NCBI GenBank assembly: GCA_030141605.1
Contig: JAQGDQ010000729.1
Coordinates: forward strand, 1-64,000
DNA length: 64,000 nt
Direction: 5' to 3'
Origin: Tubiluchus corallicola
Lineage: Eukaryota; Animalia; Priapulida
Positions 25,063-40,100 of the stretch are shown piece by piece. The translations under genes and the position numbers were made by a program. A model generated the notes under the pieces. That model ran no database searches, was not told where the DNA came from, and was given only the letters and a program-made list of their open reading frames with translations. Position 1 is the first letter of the stretch. The number at the start of each line of letters is the position of its first letter.

Positions 25063-28000
25063 CTAATTCTTATCTGTGGTTATTTCCCCTTCTAGATGTG
25101 GCTCAGTTTGTGATTTAGAAGCACCACAAGAGGATTCAGTCTCTACCTGCTGTTCCTCTGGTGATTCAGAAGTACTTGGAATGACGTCTGTCTCCAAATC
25201 AGGGTTTACCTGAGATTCAGAAGCACTCTTAGAGGTTTCAGTCTCTACCTGTTGTTCCTCCAGTGATTTAGAAGCACTCTTACCAGCTTCAGTTTCTACA
25301 CGTCGTTGACCAACAGATTCAGAAGCACTCTTAGTGGCTTCAGTTTCTACACGTGGTTGCTCAACTGATTCGGAAGCACTCTTATCAGTTTCAGTTTCTA
25401 CATGTGGTTGATCAACTGATTCAGAAGTACTCTTAGGAGTTTCAGTTTCTACACGTGGTTGATCAACTGATTCAGAAGCACTCTTAGGAGTTTCAGTTTC
25501 TACACGTGGTTGATCAACTGATTCGGAAGCACTCTTAGGAGTTTCAGTTTCTACATGTGGTTGATCAACTGATTCAGAAGTACTCTTAGGAGTTTCAGTT
25601 TCTACACGTGGTTGTTCAACTGATTCAGAAGTACTCTTGTGAGTTTCAGTTTCTACAAGTGGCTGCTCAACTGATTCGGAAGCACTCTTATCAGTTTCAG
25701 TTTCTACACGTGGTTGCTCATCTGATTCAGAAGTTTCAGCGTGTACACGTGGTTGCTCAACTGATTCAGAAGCATTCTTATCAGTTTCAGTTTCTATATG
25801 TGGCTGATCGACAGATTCAGAAGCACTCTTATCAGTTTCCGTTTCTACACGTGGTTGTTCAACTGATTCAGAAGCATTTACAGTGATATCTGTCTCTAAA
25901 GGATTTGGTAAACTTTCACCACCATCCAGCAAAGTATCTGCTACAGCAATAATCTTGTCATTATTGTCGACAGCCTCGATCCTTTCGTCTTTAAATTCGG
26001 TAGTCGATGTCGTGCAATCAACATCAGAAAGTACACTTTCCTTTGAAAGTTTTGTTTCTTCTATGTCAAACTTCGTACCATTTTTCAAAATTTTTGAACC
26101 AGTATCTGTGGCTGTTTCCTCCGTAGCTTTCTCGGTCAATACTTCTTCTGCTGATTCGGACAAACGTTTCAAAGGGGAAATTTTGGTTTCCTCCCCCGAA
26201 TCTCCTCCTCTTTCAGAGGTGCTGAATGTAATGCCAACATCAGTTTGTGATGGTAAGAACGGTTTTAGCGGTTCTGCAATCAAGTCTTGGTTTAGCATTC
26301 CAATATTGCCCTGAAACATTATTGATAAGTTTCTTAAAAAACACTAAAATCAAAATTGCTTCCTATTGTGTCTTTGCAAACCAAAATCGTCTGTAAGTCA
26401 GCACAGTTAAAATTACGTTATGATGCTTCAAAGTAGAATGCACCAAAAATTTGGGCAAATGTCAATTTTTTGTTTTTTTATAAAAACAAACGCTAAATAT
26501 ATTGGACTTTAATATTCTAGCATCAAATTGTCAAGAAAATATTCAAAAAATACTAAAAATCTAATTTTATTACCCCATACACACTTTTTTGGCTAGAAAC
26601 TAGTACTGCAATTGTAAAAAATTTGTACTTTCCAACTCCGATACTAGCTCCTGGAAGCTGTCATTTTACTTCGCACTTTTTCTGTTACCAAGCCCAAATC
26701 TTCGTCAAAAAGAGCCATCTACTGGATTTAAGCATAACTTCATTGTGTTCTTGCAAAGTCTATAGCAAGTAACATTTGTGCGGTTGCTAAGTGTTTCGTA
26801 GAAACATGACAAAAACAATGGAGCAACTTTAACACCAATTTTCTGTAGGTTATGTTTATCAGTGTGTAGCCTGCATCTCAACTTTAACGTAGATTATTAG
26901 AGGTTAGAAATAACATAGAGCAATCAACTTGGTATCAAAATCATACTCATGAAATGGAGATTCTGGACATGTGAATAACTAGAATTTCCAACTTATGGAC
27001 GATTTTTCTATGCAAGCACACATTTGTTCATGGGGCTAAATTGAAAGTCAGCGCATCAAGATTTGATATGTTTTTTAATGGTTAGTTTCCTTTTTTCTGC
27101 AGGTGTACAAATTCGGGGTAAAGGATTATTTTTATCTACTGTCACTACTAGTACTAGTGAGGCTAGTGGCAATTGTGGTAAATCTTCAACTATGTTAATT
27201 TTTCATATCAACAAATGACCAGCAAGCTACTTTCATATCATAAGAGTAAATTAGTTTATATTTATATACTAAACTATGATAGCTGCAACATACCTCACAG
27301 CAAATGTTTACAATGCAAGAACAACTAGAAAATGATACCTATGATTTATCACCATTTTGTCTTTATGTTTAAAATTATTAAAGTAAAAACCAAGTCTCTC
27401 GCGGGAAGTTCAGCTTATTTTAATATTTGAGAAAAATGTTAGAAAGTTTCAATAATAAAACTGTGATAAGTGCCTCGTGTAACGAGTAAAATAAATTTAA
27501 CATTGTGCCTAGGGACACACTTTGAGTCAGGCTTGAGAAAGTTCATTTTGAACGAAAAATGGCGTCATCCGGTTACTGTGCAATATAAACAGTTCGCCAG
27601 GTGCTTGAGTCACCTTTTCTGAGTTACTATTATCAATTGCAAACAATCCAAAATGTTAAAAGAAAGATTAATTTGTAAAAACTGTTTTTTTTTTTTTTGC
27701 TTTTTGATGAATCCAATTGCTGACTATTTAATGAAAACTCGTTAATGATGATAGTATAGTAAGTTTCAACTCGACTAGTTTGTGTCGACTAAGTAATGAA
27801 ATAGGTTAATTATTTTACCAAGCTAAATCTGAACTCTATAAGCTAAGTAATTTCAAGTTTAACATGAGAAATCAATTCTTGAGTCGTATGGGCCTAATTT
27901 CTATAATTGAAAATAACACATCCATCCTTATATTGTTTTATAGTTTCATATTTTAACACAATTCTTGTAGCAGTTGCAAAAATGGCTAACTTGGTTTAAA

Positions 28001-28101
28001 TCATCGATCCTGCCGCATTATCACTATTAGTGTCAATTCATTATTATTGTCATCACCATCACCATTGTCATCACATTAATATCACCATCGTTGTCAGCAT
28101 T

Positions 28102-28138
<37 letters not shown>

Positions 28139-31100
28139 ACATCGTCATCATACTTTTCTCGCATCTGTTAGCTTCGCGCCATTTAACGTATTTTGTTGTT
28201 GTTTATGTCATTAATTAAGTCTTATCCATGTTGAGCATAACTCATAATTTCTTCTGCTGCGCTCATAGCACTGTAATGCACCATTAATTTGTAAATGCAT
28301 AACTTGTATTTTGTTGTATTGTGCTGGTTGGATGAACAAATAAATCTAAATCTAACCTGCCCAGCACTCTGCAGAACTCTTGCAGAATTCCATGCTTATC
28401 TGTAATTGTATATGTGTAGCATGTACTTTAAAGTATAATCGTGTGGATAATGCTATGTAAACGCTTGGAAGTTGTTACTAATTGATGTGACAGTTAGTTC
28501 TTACATAAACACAAAGATTTAATTACAGAAGGTGTCATTTATTAGACTCACAGTTAATAGACTCAATCGCTTAATTGACTCAAAAACGCCTGACACGGGC
28601 CGCTTCTATTCAAATATACATAAAAACAGTCTGCAATTGACTCAAATAACTCTGCATAATTGACTCAATATTTTTACTTCACGTGCTTAAATAAGACTAT
28701 TGTTTGTGACCAATGAGCTTTTATTACTTTTATGTCATCTTAGTCCACTATAATATCCGTAGAAACAATCATGTTAAGTACCGTTTTGTTTGTAAGCAGG
28801 GACGTTTATCATGCGCTAATATGCTACCCTAACGGTTTTGCTTTGAATCTGTTACCCAAAGAATTTCTGGAAGCTAAACATTCAATCACTTGTCTAGCGG
28901 TTTCCCGCTATCAGTTACCACTCAAAGATGCAGCCATCATACAGGCATAGTAATACTACAGATACAACCTTTGCAGTGCATACTAAGTTGATGATTCATA
29001 CTTCTATATTAGTAACACTACTTCTGTCGGTTAATAGGGTCAAAACACTTCGGTCCCAAAGTGAGTCTATTAAGCGGTCCCTACTGTAGCTAGGACAGCA
29101 GAATTTCTGAGTGAACTGAAGAAGTTGTGCTACAAGTGCATTCATGCTGTCCATTAGCCTGCGCCATTTTTTCACATATTCCCGCAGCGAGGTTCATTTG
29201 GCATGTGACAAGAATAATTTAAATTTCTTCTGCTTTTTTACGCAAGGCGTTTTACAAGCAAATATTATGTGGTGATTTCAATATTTCTTAATACAATCAG
29301 TGTTGCTTTTATCTTTCCTTTGGTTTTTCCTTTAAGAGAATGTATGAGTTAACGTTTTCTCTCCATAATTGCTACTTACCAATTTAGAGAGGTCGTGTAT
29401 TGAAACTCCTAGTATTTGTGCCGTGGTAGATTGTGGAAAAACGGCGTTCAGGCAAGACGAAAAGTATGGAAGTAATTCCAGGACAAAAGTTCCGCACATT
29501 GCCGAGAACCGATCACGCTCACGATCGGTCATCGAGCTCTCTTCAGCTCTGCAAGCAAAAGAGATGGTTTTGAAACAGGTTATTATACTTCTGCTTTGTC
29601 CGGATCTGAATAGACGAAGCTTATTTTACAGTTCTGCAGCAACAGCTGCATTTAAACATTTGCTGATCAAATCTATGACACAATTAGATAAATGTATAAA
29701 TGTCTGAAATGCAAGAAAAGCTACGATACATATGTAACTGAAATTCTTAATTATCACACAAACTGCTAGGCCTGTAATGATACATTGGTGCAGGTGATAT
29801 CTTTTGTGACGATATGTGTATCGTCAAAGTAAGCCAGTATCGTGATAATCTGAATTATTGATATTTAGCATAAGCTTGACAGCCCACTGCTAAAAACAGT
29901 GTGAAATAATTCAAGCTACAGCTGTAGAATTTGCTGTAGATACCTAGCAAGACAGAGTTTAACTCCGTGGTCACAAGTGTGCTGTTAGGGCAACATTAGC
30001 AGAGGAGCAGACTTGACCTTGACACAGGCGCCTGCTGCTAGCAGCCATCCAAAGCAAAGTGGTTGAAAGCACAATGTGTTTATATTATATAATGTATAGT
30101 ACGCTAATTACATTTTTGCTTGTAAGTTTCTGAAATAGCTTGCAGTAAATGCGGACTATAAAATGCACCACTACATGTTAAATCAAAAGGATTGAACTGT
30201 TTTGCATTTCTGATGGCTTACAATGCAAACTACAAAAGAGTATAAACAGAAATCAAACAGTTTAATGGATTATTTTAGCACTTAGCAATTTAAGATAATT
30301 TGATAAATCTAATATATATAGGAAAACACACACACACACACACAGTAGTTACATTTCAACATTAATTTAATTTAAATGTTTAGCTTATGGTACCTTCATC
30401 AGAACAAAGGAGTCGATTGAGAGAAATATTATGGCAGGCCTATTTAAAAGAACGTGTGAATGCATAAGGCGTCAAATTATGCATTGTAGACAGTGGACAT
30501 AGGCTGAACACACATGCACGCACGCACGCACGCACGTACACACACACACACACACACACACATATTGGATTAAGCAACAAATTAATATAGTTTTTTTTAT
30601 CGAGGCCGTTAACTCAATGTGTATCGTGATACATATCACATAGTGAGGTTAGTATCGTGATACATAACGTATTGTGATACATCTCGTATCGTGAGGTTAG
30701 TATCGTGATGCATATCGCATCGTGAGGTTAGTATCGTGATACATATCGTATTGTGAGGCTAGTATCATGATACATATCATATCGTGAGGCTAGTATCGTG
30801 AGGTTAGTATCGTGATACATTTTGTATCGTGACTTAGGTATATTATTACAGCATTATAAAGTGCACTTTCCAGCTTCTGTCACAAGCTGAAAGTTGTGGA
30901 TATTGAAAATGGTGAAATTATGTTGGCTTCAAAATACCACTGACGAACTCACATGATGATACAGAGCCGCAATTAATTGGATGCTGAAACCAAATTTTAC
31001 AAGCAGCAAAAGCAAAAAAGTACGAACACAGCCTGGATTTGAACCAAGGACCTTCGCTTTACAAGGCAGACACAATGATTGGTTCTTGATACTAACATTA

Positions 31101-34100
31101 TAAATAATTAACGAATGCACGAATACAGTCAAACCTCGTTATAACGCCAGGTCTGGGACACCACTAAATATGGCACTATGGCGCGGCTGGCCGCCAGGCA
31201 AGGTTCATTAAATGCGCACTTGCATATCAAAATCGTCCATAAATCGGCAATTTTCTTTATTTATTCACATATCCTGAATCTTCATTTCATGAGGATCATT
31301 TTAATACCAAGTTCATCACTCTGTGTTATTTCTAAGCTGAGATAATCCAGGTTGAAGTTGAGGTGCAGGCTATGCAGTGAAAAACACAACCTTGAGAAAA
31401 TCACTGTTAAGGTTAGCCATTGTTTTTTGTCGTGTTTCTGCAAAACACTTAGCAACCGCACAAATGTTTGAAGATTTGGGCTTGGCAACAGAAAAAAACC
31501 CGAAGCACGAGTTACTATTGGAGTTTGAAAATACGAGTTTTTTTGCAATTGTAGTGCTAGTTTCTAACCAGAAAAGTGGGTAACATAAAATTGACATTTG
31601 ACCAAATTTTTGGTGCACTCTTCTTTGAAGCAACATAAAGTAGTTTTAATTATGCCGACTTATGGACAATTTTGGTTTGCAAGCACACAAGTATCAAAGA
31701 CATTCCAGTCTGTAACCTCTATTTTGTTTCCTAGTTAATTTTAATATGTCATAAATAGTATAATATTAATATATCTACAAGAATACGTTTGTTATACTGT
31801 ACATTTTTGTTGCATTAACAGAATTAATGCATGTGTAGTTCTATGGGGGCGCATTTAAAAACTTTTAGGTAACGCATTGTGGAGTAGCTTGTGAAGTACT
31901 GGTGTCTCTTGATAAGAGAAATATGCAGCCAGGCAGACCACCCACACGCTCCCAACGTAACATTACTAGATAATTAAGCCTATAAATAGCTGCCGCATAT
32001 AACTTGGCCTTCAGTTATGGCGAGGCTGGCATTATCAAGGGGGGCTGTATAACGAGGTTCGACTATACTTGAAAACGTTTTTTTGCACGAAGTTTCGGAC
32101 TTACTTTCTGAACTTTAATATCTTTTCTCTCCATTTCACTCCTACTATTTTTATGAGTGACACTATCGATTCTCCGCCCACTCTAGTATTATTCTAATGA
32201 ATACTTACAACCCAAAGTTAATGTGAACATTAAAGGTGCGCTTCAAACGTTTTAGTTTGAATGTTCAAATTTGAACAAGTGTTTTCAGTTCGAATTAGAT
32301 TCGAACAAAAAATTATAGATTCGAATAATTCAGCACTTCAACTACATACATTCTTTATCATTAAATGTTTGAAACAGCATGCAATTAGCACAATTTAGTT
32401 TCAGTTTCTGTGCAAAATTTTTAACAAACTAATAGTGGTTTTACTGCAGAACAAAATAAAATAAAATGCATGATTTTTGTAAGACCACCTTTTACTAATG
32501 GTTCGAAAACTAGTTCGAAAATCTTTCAAACTCGATTCGAATTCGATTTTGATTCGAAATAATAAAATTTGGCTTGATTCGAATTCGAAAGTTGCAAATT
32601 CGATTCGAAGAATTTGCTTTCTACTACAGAATGCACACCTCTAGTGAATGCACCACCATAAAGTTATGCACCATATGGCAGCAAAGCCACGAAGTACTGC
32701 TCTGTTAGATACGTCACTAGACGTAAACATACCTATGATACATGAGTATAGCATCTGCTACCCTGATGAGTGAACTTTGTAGAGACAGCGCCACCTCGTG
32801 TGCAACGGAAACTGGCGCACACAAGCGTAGCTCGTTGAAAGCTGTCAGTATGTTGTTGCAGTAAACGGCAAGCGGCTGAAATTCTAACAAAGATGGAGGC
32901 GGGTGCAAAGCTTCTGATGCAGACGTGCTGCCGCCTGTCAGAATGTTAGACATGTAGGCCGCTGATCCAATAGCTAAAGTAAAGGAAGGCATTGACTGGT
33001 CGAACCTACAAGTACAAAAGTATAAAAAACAATACTACGTTTCCAGTAAAAGAAAAGAGAACGACTCGTACTCCATTTTGAAGTACGGTAAAAAAGAATA
33101 CATTTTAACACCTATAATAATGGCAAAGCATTTCTGATGATTAAATAATAGGTTAAAAGCTTAAGTAATGGTGTGCTAGCCAAACTACTGACGACATCAC
33201 AAACTAACACAATTTTCAACGGCAAAAACATTCCACGATCGTGTTTGCACGTGTTTGCAAAAGCAAAAATTGAAGCACAGTGCTATTGTACAACATTCAG
33301 TGTGATACACAAGAATTCGGCAAATTTTAAATTTAAAATTGAAATTTGAGGTTTACAGCTATGCTCACACATGAGCTCTCGAACGTGTGCACCACATCAG
33401 GACCGAACACTGCAAAGTACAGCACCTGTTTTTTGTGCAACACATTTCCGAGATGTAGGCGTTAGCGCCCGTCTAACTAACAAATGGTGAAACGCATGTA
33501 GCAGCGTAGAACTAGTGGCGCGAATGCAAAATTACCATTTGTGGTAATAATTCTTTCACGTAAGTCATTCCCGAAAAAGTATAGCATGTTCTGTTTCAAT
33601 ATTTTATCGGGTACATTGTTTTGAGTTATAGTTTAAGATTAGGTCTATGTTGATAAGTGAAATACCAAACTGTCGAGATTTTTTTTAGAGAATGGGGCCA
33701 CAAAAACAACCATGTATGTGTTTGCCTAGCAAAATCATCCATAAGACGGCATTAGACTTCTCTAGTTATTCACACGTCCTGAATGTCCATTTCATGACGA
33801 TCATTTTGATACCAAGCTCATTGCTCTATGGAATCGTTAAAGTGAGATAATCCACGTTGAAGTTGAGGTGCATGCTACATCTTGAAAAACCACAACCTTG
33901 AGAAAATCGTTGTTAAAGTTAGCCATTGTTTTTTGTCGCGTTTCTACACAACACTTAGCAATTGCACAAATGTTGATTGCTACAGACTTTGGAAGAACAT
34001 ATTGATGTTTAAATCCAGTAGATGGCTCTTTCTGACGAAGATCTGGGAGATAATATCAGTGTTTGAAAATACCAGCTTTTTACAATTGAAGAACTAGTTT

Positions 34101-37100
34101 CTAGTCAGAAAAGTGGATATGGGGTTATAAAATTACGTTTTTTAAACATTTTCTTGATAATTTGATGCTAGAACATAAAAGTCCAATATACTTGGCATTT
34201 ATTTTTACAAAAAAACAAAAAACTGACATTTGACTAAATTTTTGGTGCATATTACTTTGAAGCATCATAACGCCATTTTACCTATGGTGACTTAGGTTGC
34301 CAGGCCATAGAAACTCATGCTTCATGCCTCACGCTCATGCTTCACGTCTAAACGTGTGAGTGGAAAAATGAACAAACGTAATCTTATTTGCGGTGCGCCA
34401 TAGACCTCCGCTCACGCCTCACACTTCAAGCTTCACGACTCATGCGTGAAGCTAGAAGTGAACATGTTCACTTTTTCGAGACGTGAGTCCGGGGGCAGAC
34501 TGGATATCAGAGCGTTTTTTGACTGCAAGGTAAGCCTAAATTTGTACAATTAGCAGCCAACTAGTTCAGAAGCGTGCTGTTTGCATTGACTGAACTTTAT
34601 CAATGCTTTCGAGGTTGTTTTCTGAAATTTATTCGCCCATGCCATTCTGGGAGACCACTCCTCGTTATCAGAGCACTCCCTAGCTGGCACGACATCTCAT
34701 GGTCCTGAGGACTATTCATTTCACGATCAGAGTTAGAACGGGACATTGTGACCTAAACCTTTTCAAATTTTTCATTTTCGTTTTTCGGTTTTTGTTTTTA
34801 TTATATGGTCATGTCAGTATATCTGAAAAACATAAAATAATTAAATTTTACCCTTCAAAAACATTTTGGAATTTTTGTGTGGCCTTTCCTTTTTATTGGG
34901 GGGGGGGGGGTGTTTAGATCTACTCATGTCAGTGCATGTTTATCTGACAAACATACTTTGACTAGTAATTACCACCTGAGAGTTATGATGAGCTTTTGTT
35001 CTGCTTCGATTGGCCTCCTCCAATTTGAATGGCGTGGCTTCAGATGTCCTAGCACGAGGGACTTTAATGTACTGTAAGTCTTGTACGACATCCTTGTATA
35101 ATTATGAAATAGTTCTTCATCAGGATCGTCCACGAGGTGTTGAAATGTATGCTGAAATTCTCCTCTGGATTCTCTGAGCAAAAAATGCTCCAGGCACCAT
35201 ATTCTCCGTCTCTCTCACTTCCTTCTTCTGAGACACAACAAAATCAAGAAATCTTCCTCGTCAGATGATTCCATTTTGAATGCGCAACGCAGACTCGAGT
35301 GTGAAGCGTGAGAGCATGAGCCCCTATGGCCCAGTGGGCCGTGAAGCATGAAGTATGAAGTACGAAGTATGAAGCGTGAGGCATGAAGCATGAGTTTCTA
35401 TGGCCTGGTAGCCTTATGGACGATTTTGGTTTGCAAGCACACAATTACTTATAAGTTACTGAAACTTGACAAGCCAAAGGTACAAAAACATAAAAGAAAC
35501 AGGTGTAGTTCATAATCACCTTTTAGCCGCTTGCTCGGCTGAATGACGGAAACCTCGTACAGCTGCCTCTTGGAACAGAGGTGCAATGAGCGGCCTAAAG
35601 TCGGCACCCACGCGGCTGAAGGACAAACCGAAGTACATGCATTGACCGAGGACCGAGTCCAATCGTCCCCCCACACCCTGTTCCAGATCGCGCTTCAGAG
35701 TGGCCAGAAAGTTGGAAATCTGGAATCAGTAAAATATTATTCTAACGAGTCACTGAGCTGCCAGTGTAAATGTTATTAGGATTATGTTCCTGAAACTTTT
35801 CCATTCTAATCCATACAGCACGAATCTTTGAAGCTAATAAGCTCTTTGGCTGTCATTCTAAAGCAATAAACTTTGACGTGTAAATTTAATGTTTTTGCAA
35901 AACTTGAAAAACGACAATTTTGACATTTGACAATTTTTTATTATATACGACACGTCTCATTTTTGATAAGTGACCACAAAAGTGGCCAACTTTTGGAAAA
36001 AAGACAATTGGGCGGTTATCACTTTCTCATTTATCCGCATCCGCAAAATCCGCGAATTGAGTGAAAATTGAATATCCGCGTATCGGCAGCAAATTAACTA
36101 GGCTTGTTGCGTGTGCCTTATAATCATCTTCTTTGTATGAAGCTAGGAGTTATAATCAGGAATCATTCATAAATCACTAGCCGGACCCCAATTTTGCTTG
36201 TGAACCTTCAACGACAACTCACACAGCATGATGTAGGCCACATAGTACATCACTCAATCACATCATGCCCATCACATCACATCACAAACCATAATAGGCT
36301 GGAGTAAAAAGCTACAATATTTGTAATTATAAGCAATGTTTTGCATCTGGGACTTTCCAGGTAAAATATCAGGAAGCAGCAAAAAAGCAAGAGGCTATGA
36401 GGACATCTTAAAATAAACTAGTGATGAAAGGCGTTTAATGTTGCAACAAGCCTTTTAATGCACAAGGGAATGCTTAACAAACTGAAATTGGGTAAACTTT
36501 TTGTGCAACACTTGAAAATTTACGTTACACAAGTGGCTTTTGTATGCTGCAATTTCGCATAAAATTTGCAATTTTAGGCACTAAAAATCAGCAATCTGCA
36601 TGCCCGCATATAATTTAGTATCTGCAATCCGCAAATCCGCAAAATTAGTGCGGATTCCACAACAGCATGGCTGCAAATCTGCTATCCACCCATCTGTGAA
36701 TTAGGGACAGATAAATAATAGGATTTTTTGAAAACTGACTGATTACTGATTACAATCGAATTAAAAGTGATAAACCTAGAATGTAGAACAATGCAGATGC
36801 TACGGATAACAGAGTTTAAAATATCCCACCTTCTGATTCAACCAGCCGAAAAATATCGCACTATCTGCGACGATGTCGCTCTTTGTCGTTGATAAAAGTG
36901 GGTCCTCGTCACTAAATATCGCCCTGTACTGTGTGATTATGTCAAATAGGTGCACCCTACTGAGCTCAATTGTCTTTGTTATGTGTTGATATGCTAAAAG
37001 TAAATCACAAATATAAACAATGAGTGTTAATTAGTGACCTTGTGACCTTGTGATCTTAATATTATGCTACTGTATGAGGCTACTGAGTTGTCTACGCTGA

Positions 37101-40100
37101 CCAGACGTCACGTGACATGTACAATAATGCATGTTACCTTGCTTTTAGTGTTTTGAAGCTGTACCATACATCATATAGTCACAATAGTAAAGGATCGATA
37201 GCTCTGATATTATTGTCAATATGCATCAGGGAGTCATAATAGCAACCGACAAAAAACACGTGGATTTTTCCGCCGTAGGAAACGTGATATTTGCTTGTTT
37301 TCTAAGAATCATTTAAGCAAATACCAGTAAGAAGGTTGTAGTTATGATTTAACTTTTTTTTAAAATATTAGTGGAGCAGTAGGCCTACAGTCTATTATAT
37401 GTATAAGTTGAGTACAAGATATGTTTATTATGTAATTTTGATAAAGATGATCGATTCTGAATGAGTCATTAATTCACAAATGACTCATCTAATAATTATC
37501 TTTTAATTCATTAACCTTTAGAGTAAAATTTTCTAACACTTGTAATGACTGTTCTGTGATTCATCTATGGCAAAAGTTAACCCTTTCACTACGTAGTTGC
37601 TTTATAACAGAGCAGTTTTGCCTTTTGCTCAGTTGACAATAACTTCTTGTGGTGTGTTACTAAAACAGAATCTTGTAAATAAACAAATAGCCATTTGTTA
37701 TTAAACACTAACATTAAATATTACTTTTATTTATACAAATGCACACGCATCCGAGCACACATATATGTGCTCATGCATGCACGCACGCACACTTCCACAC
37801 ATATAAGCATGCACTTATATTTAAAAGCCAATTTTTACAAAAGCCATATTACTAATCCATTATATACAATCATTTTATAAGAATGCAGAACAATCAACTA
37901 AACATACGTTTCATCAACGATCTACAAGTGATTTTGCGTGGGAACATACTATACAATACAGTATTGTGGTATACACCTGGCGTCACATTGGTTGGTTAGG
38001 ATTACTTGTTGCAAAGCAACCACAATCCCACGGCTGTTAAACTTTTTTACAATGTTTTTGCATGGCCGAAGTAGTGAAATAGACAGACCTGGGTAACTGC
38101 GCTTAGTGCTGAGCTCGTGTGGCGGTGTGCCGCCTTCCGTAGAGAAAGAGTTAATAGGATTACTCAAATTTAAACTACTTCGTTGATTTCTGCAAAACTT
38201 TGCGGGAGAGGCACGTGAGGAGGAACAACACTTTCAATTTTGGTGCAGTTTTGGGATGTCTGGGAGAACTTATGCAAATTTAATCTACTCAGCCGATTTC
38301 TGCAAGACATTGTGGGAGGGGTGGGGCATGCGAGGAGGAACACCACCTTCAATTCTTGGTGGAGTCTTGGGACGTCCAAGAGGAACAGGGGACAAAAGAT
38401 CACTAAAATGAGCATTTTTTGCGCCATTTTTTTACGAAACTTGACGAACAGAACATAGGAAAGCAACTCATGAGGGTCTTCAGGAAGTTTGATACCTCCT
38501 TGGAAAGAGGGGAAACTGGGCTACTAAACATCTTGTACAGGATGAATGATTAGGAATTATTACTAGGTTATATTTCTGGGAAATCTCACCTGGAAGTGAC
38601 AAGGACGCTGTAAAACCATTGTCACAATATCACATCTTTGCGTTTGAAAATAAAGTGTCATTGAATCAAGTTTGACATGCAAGTTTTAGGTGAACTTATC
38701 GAAAATAAGAGAAAGCTGATTGTGGGTAACGGTGTAAAACGCGACAGTAGGAGAATTTTAACCAAAATTCAAGCTTCAAATTTACTGCCGGTGTTCACGC
38801 ATCAGATGTCGTAGGTGTGTAGTTCTTCAGAAAACTAACACATCTGAACTGAGAAGTACAGCACCTGTCTTTTGTGCAATGTGCTTTCGAAATGCAGGCG
38901 ATAGTGCCCATCTAACTAGTGAATGGTGAAATGCATGTAACAGCGGGGAACTAGTGGCGCGAATGTGAATTTGTACTTGTGTGGTAATAATTCTTTCACG
39001 TGAGTCATTTTTGAAAAACGAGTATGTTTCCTTTCAATATTTTAAAGAGTAGATTGTTTTGACCTACAGTTTAGGATTGAGTCCGGTTTTGCTTTAAGTT
39101 AAGCAGTGATGCACTACTGTAAAGTATGCTTGGCAGAGGTCACTGCTTTACTGAGTGCTTTTCCAATTATCTAACAAAACCAGAAGTCACGATACTCTAT
39201 AACTTACGATCATCAGTCCGGATGGCTGCCAGTATGCCGCGGAACCATCCGTCTCTGGCTTGAAGGAACTTGATGCGCAACTCCGGTTCGGTAAAGACGT
39301 CCATGCGCCGCAAGTAGCCAATCACTTTCAAGCAGGCTGGCAGTTGAACGTTCGTACGGAGTTGCTGAATGAGCTGGTTCAGCATGAGGGTTACAGATGC
39401 CTTGACTTCATTCACGATGTCCTGTGAAATGAGAAAATCCCTGTTAAAGTCAGCCATTGTTGTTTGTCACGTTTCTACAAACCACTTAGCAACCGCGCAA
39501 ATGTTGGTTGCTACGAACATTACAAGGGCAGATTGAAGTTATACTTAAAGTATTTTTTGCCCACTGTAATATAAAAGCACATTTATTTCATAAAACGTAC
39601 TACACCACAAGTAGTTACACAGCCTGATTTAAATATAAGAGCTATGCAAACATATGTAATTAGCAACAACCATGCAGATAATCATGCTATTAATACACCA
39701 CAAACAATTGTATACTTGAGCTCCATAATAAATAATCATATATAATCAATAATAAAGGGATGGGCAGGACTGAACTGCCAGGTTAAAGGGTCATAAGCAC
39801 TCGACAGCACACCTACGTAATCTAAATCATTATCAGTACTGTCAGTTACCATAACAACAGGGATGTTCTCATGTTTCTTCTCCAGGCGTTTAACGTAGGC
39901 AGCTAGTTCCAGCGCCTCTTCGTAATAGCCGTTACGTACGCACGTGTCTATGAGCTGTGGTACTTCTAGCACTTCTAATATCTGCGTGTGTCGACTCAGC
40001 GTCAGCGTATTCATCCGTCGACTGTAACAGTAAACGGTCATTATCCACACAAGTACTTTTAGTTTGGTAGCCATGGTCATAACAAGACAGGAGTACTTAA

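Noticed and set aside
25063-26319. Stand-alone 418-aa acidic repeat gene
   Set aside because: It is the last exon of COG8 (acceptor at 26311-26312, conserved GN.G...I.EPL..LP start).
31020-31072. Functional tRNA gene
   Set aside because: B-box/T-arm only, no D-arm or acceptor stem; similar isolated B-box fragments at about 52590 and 61355 suggest SINE debris.
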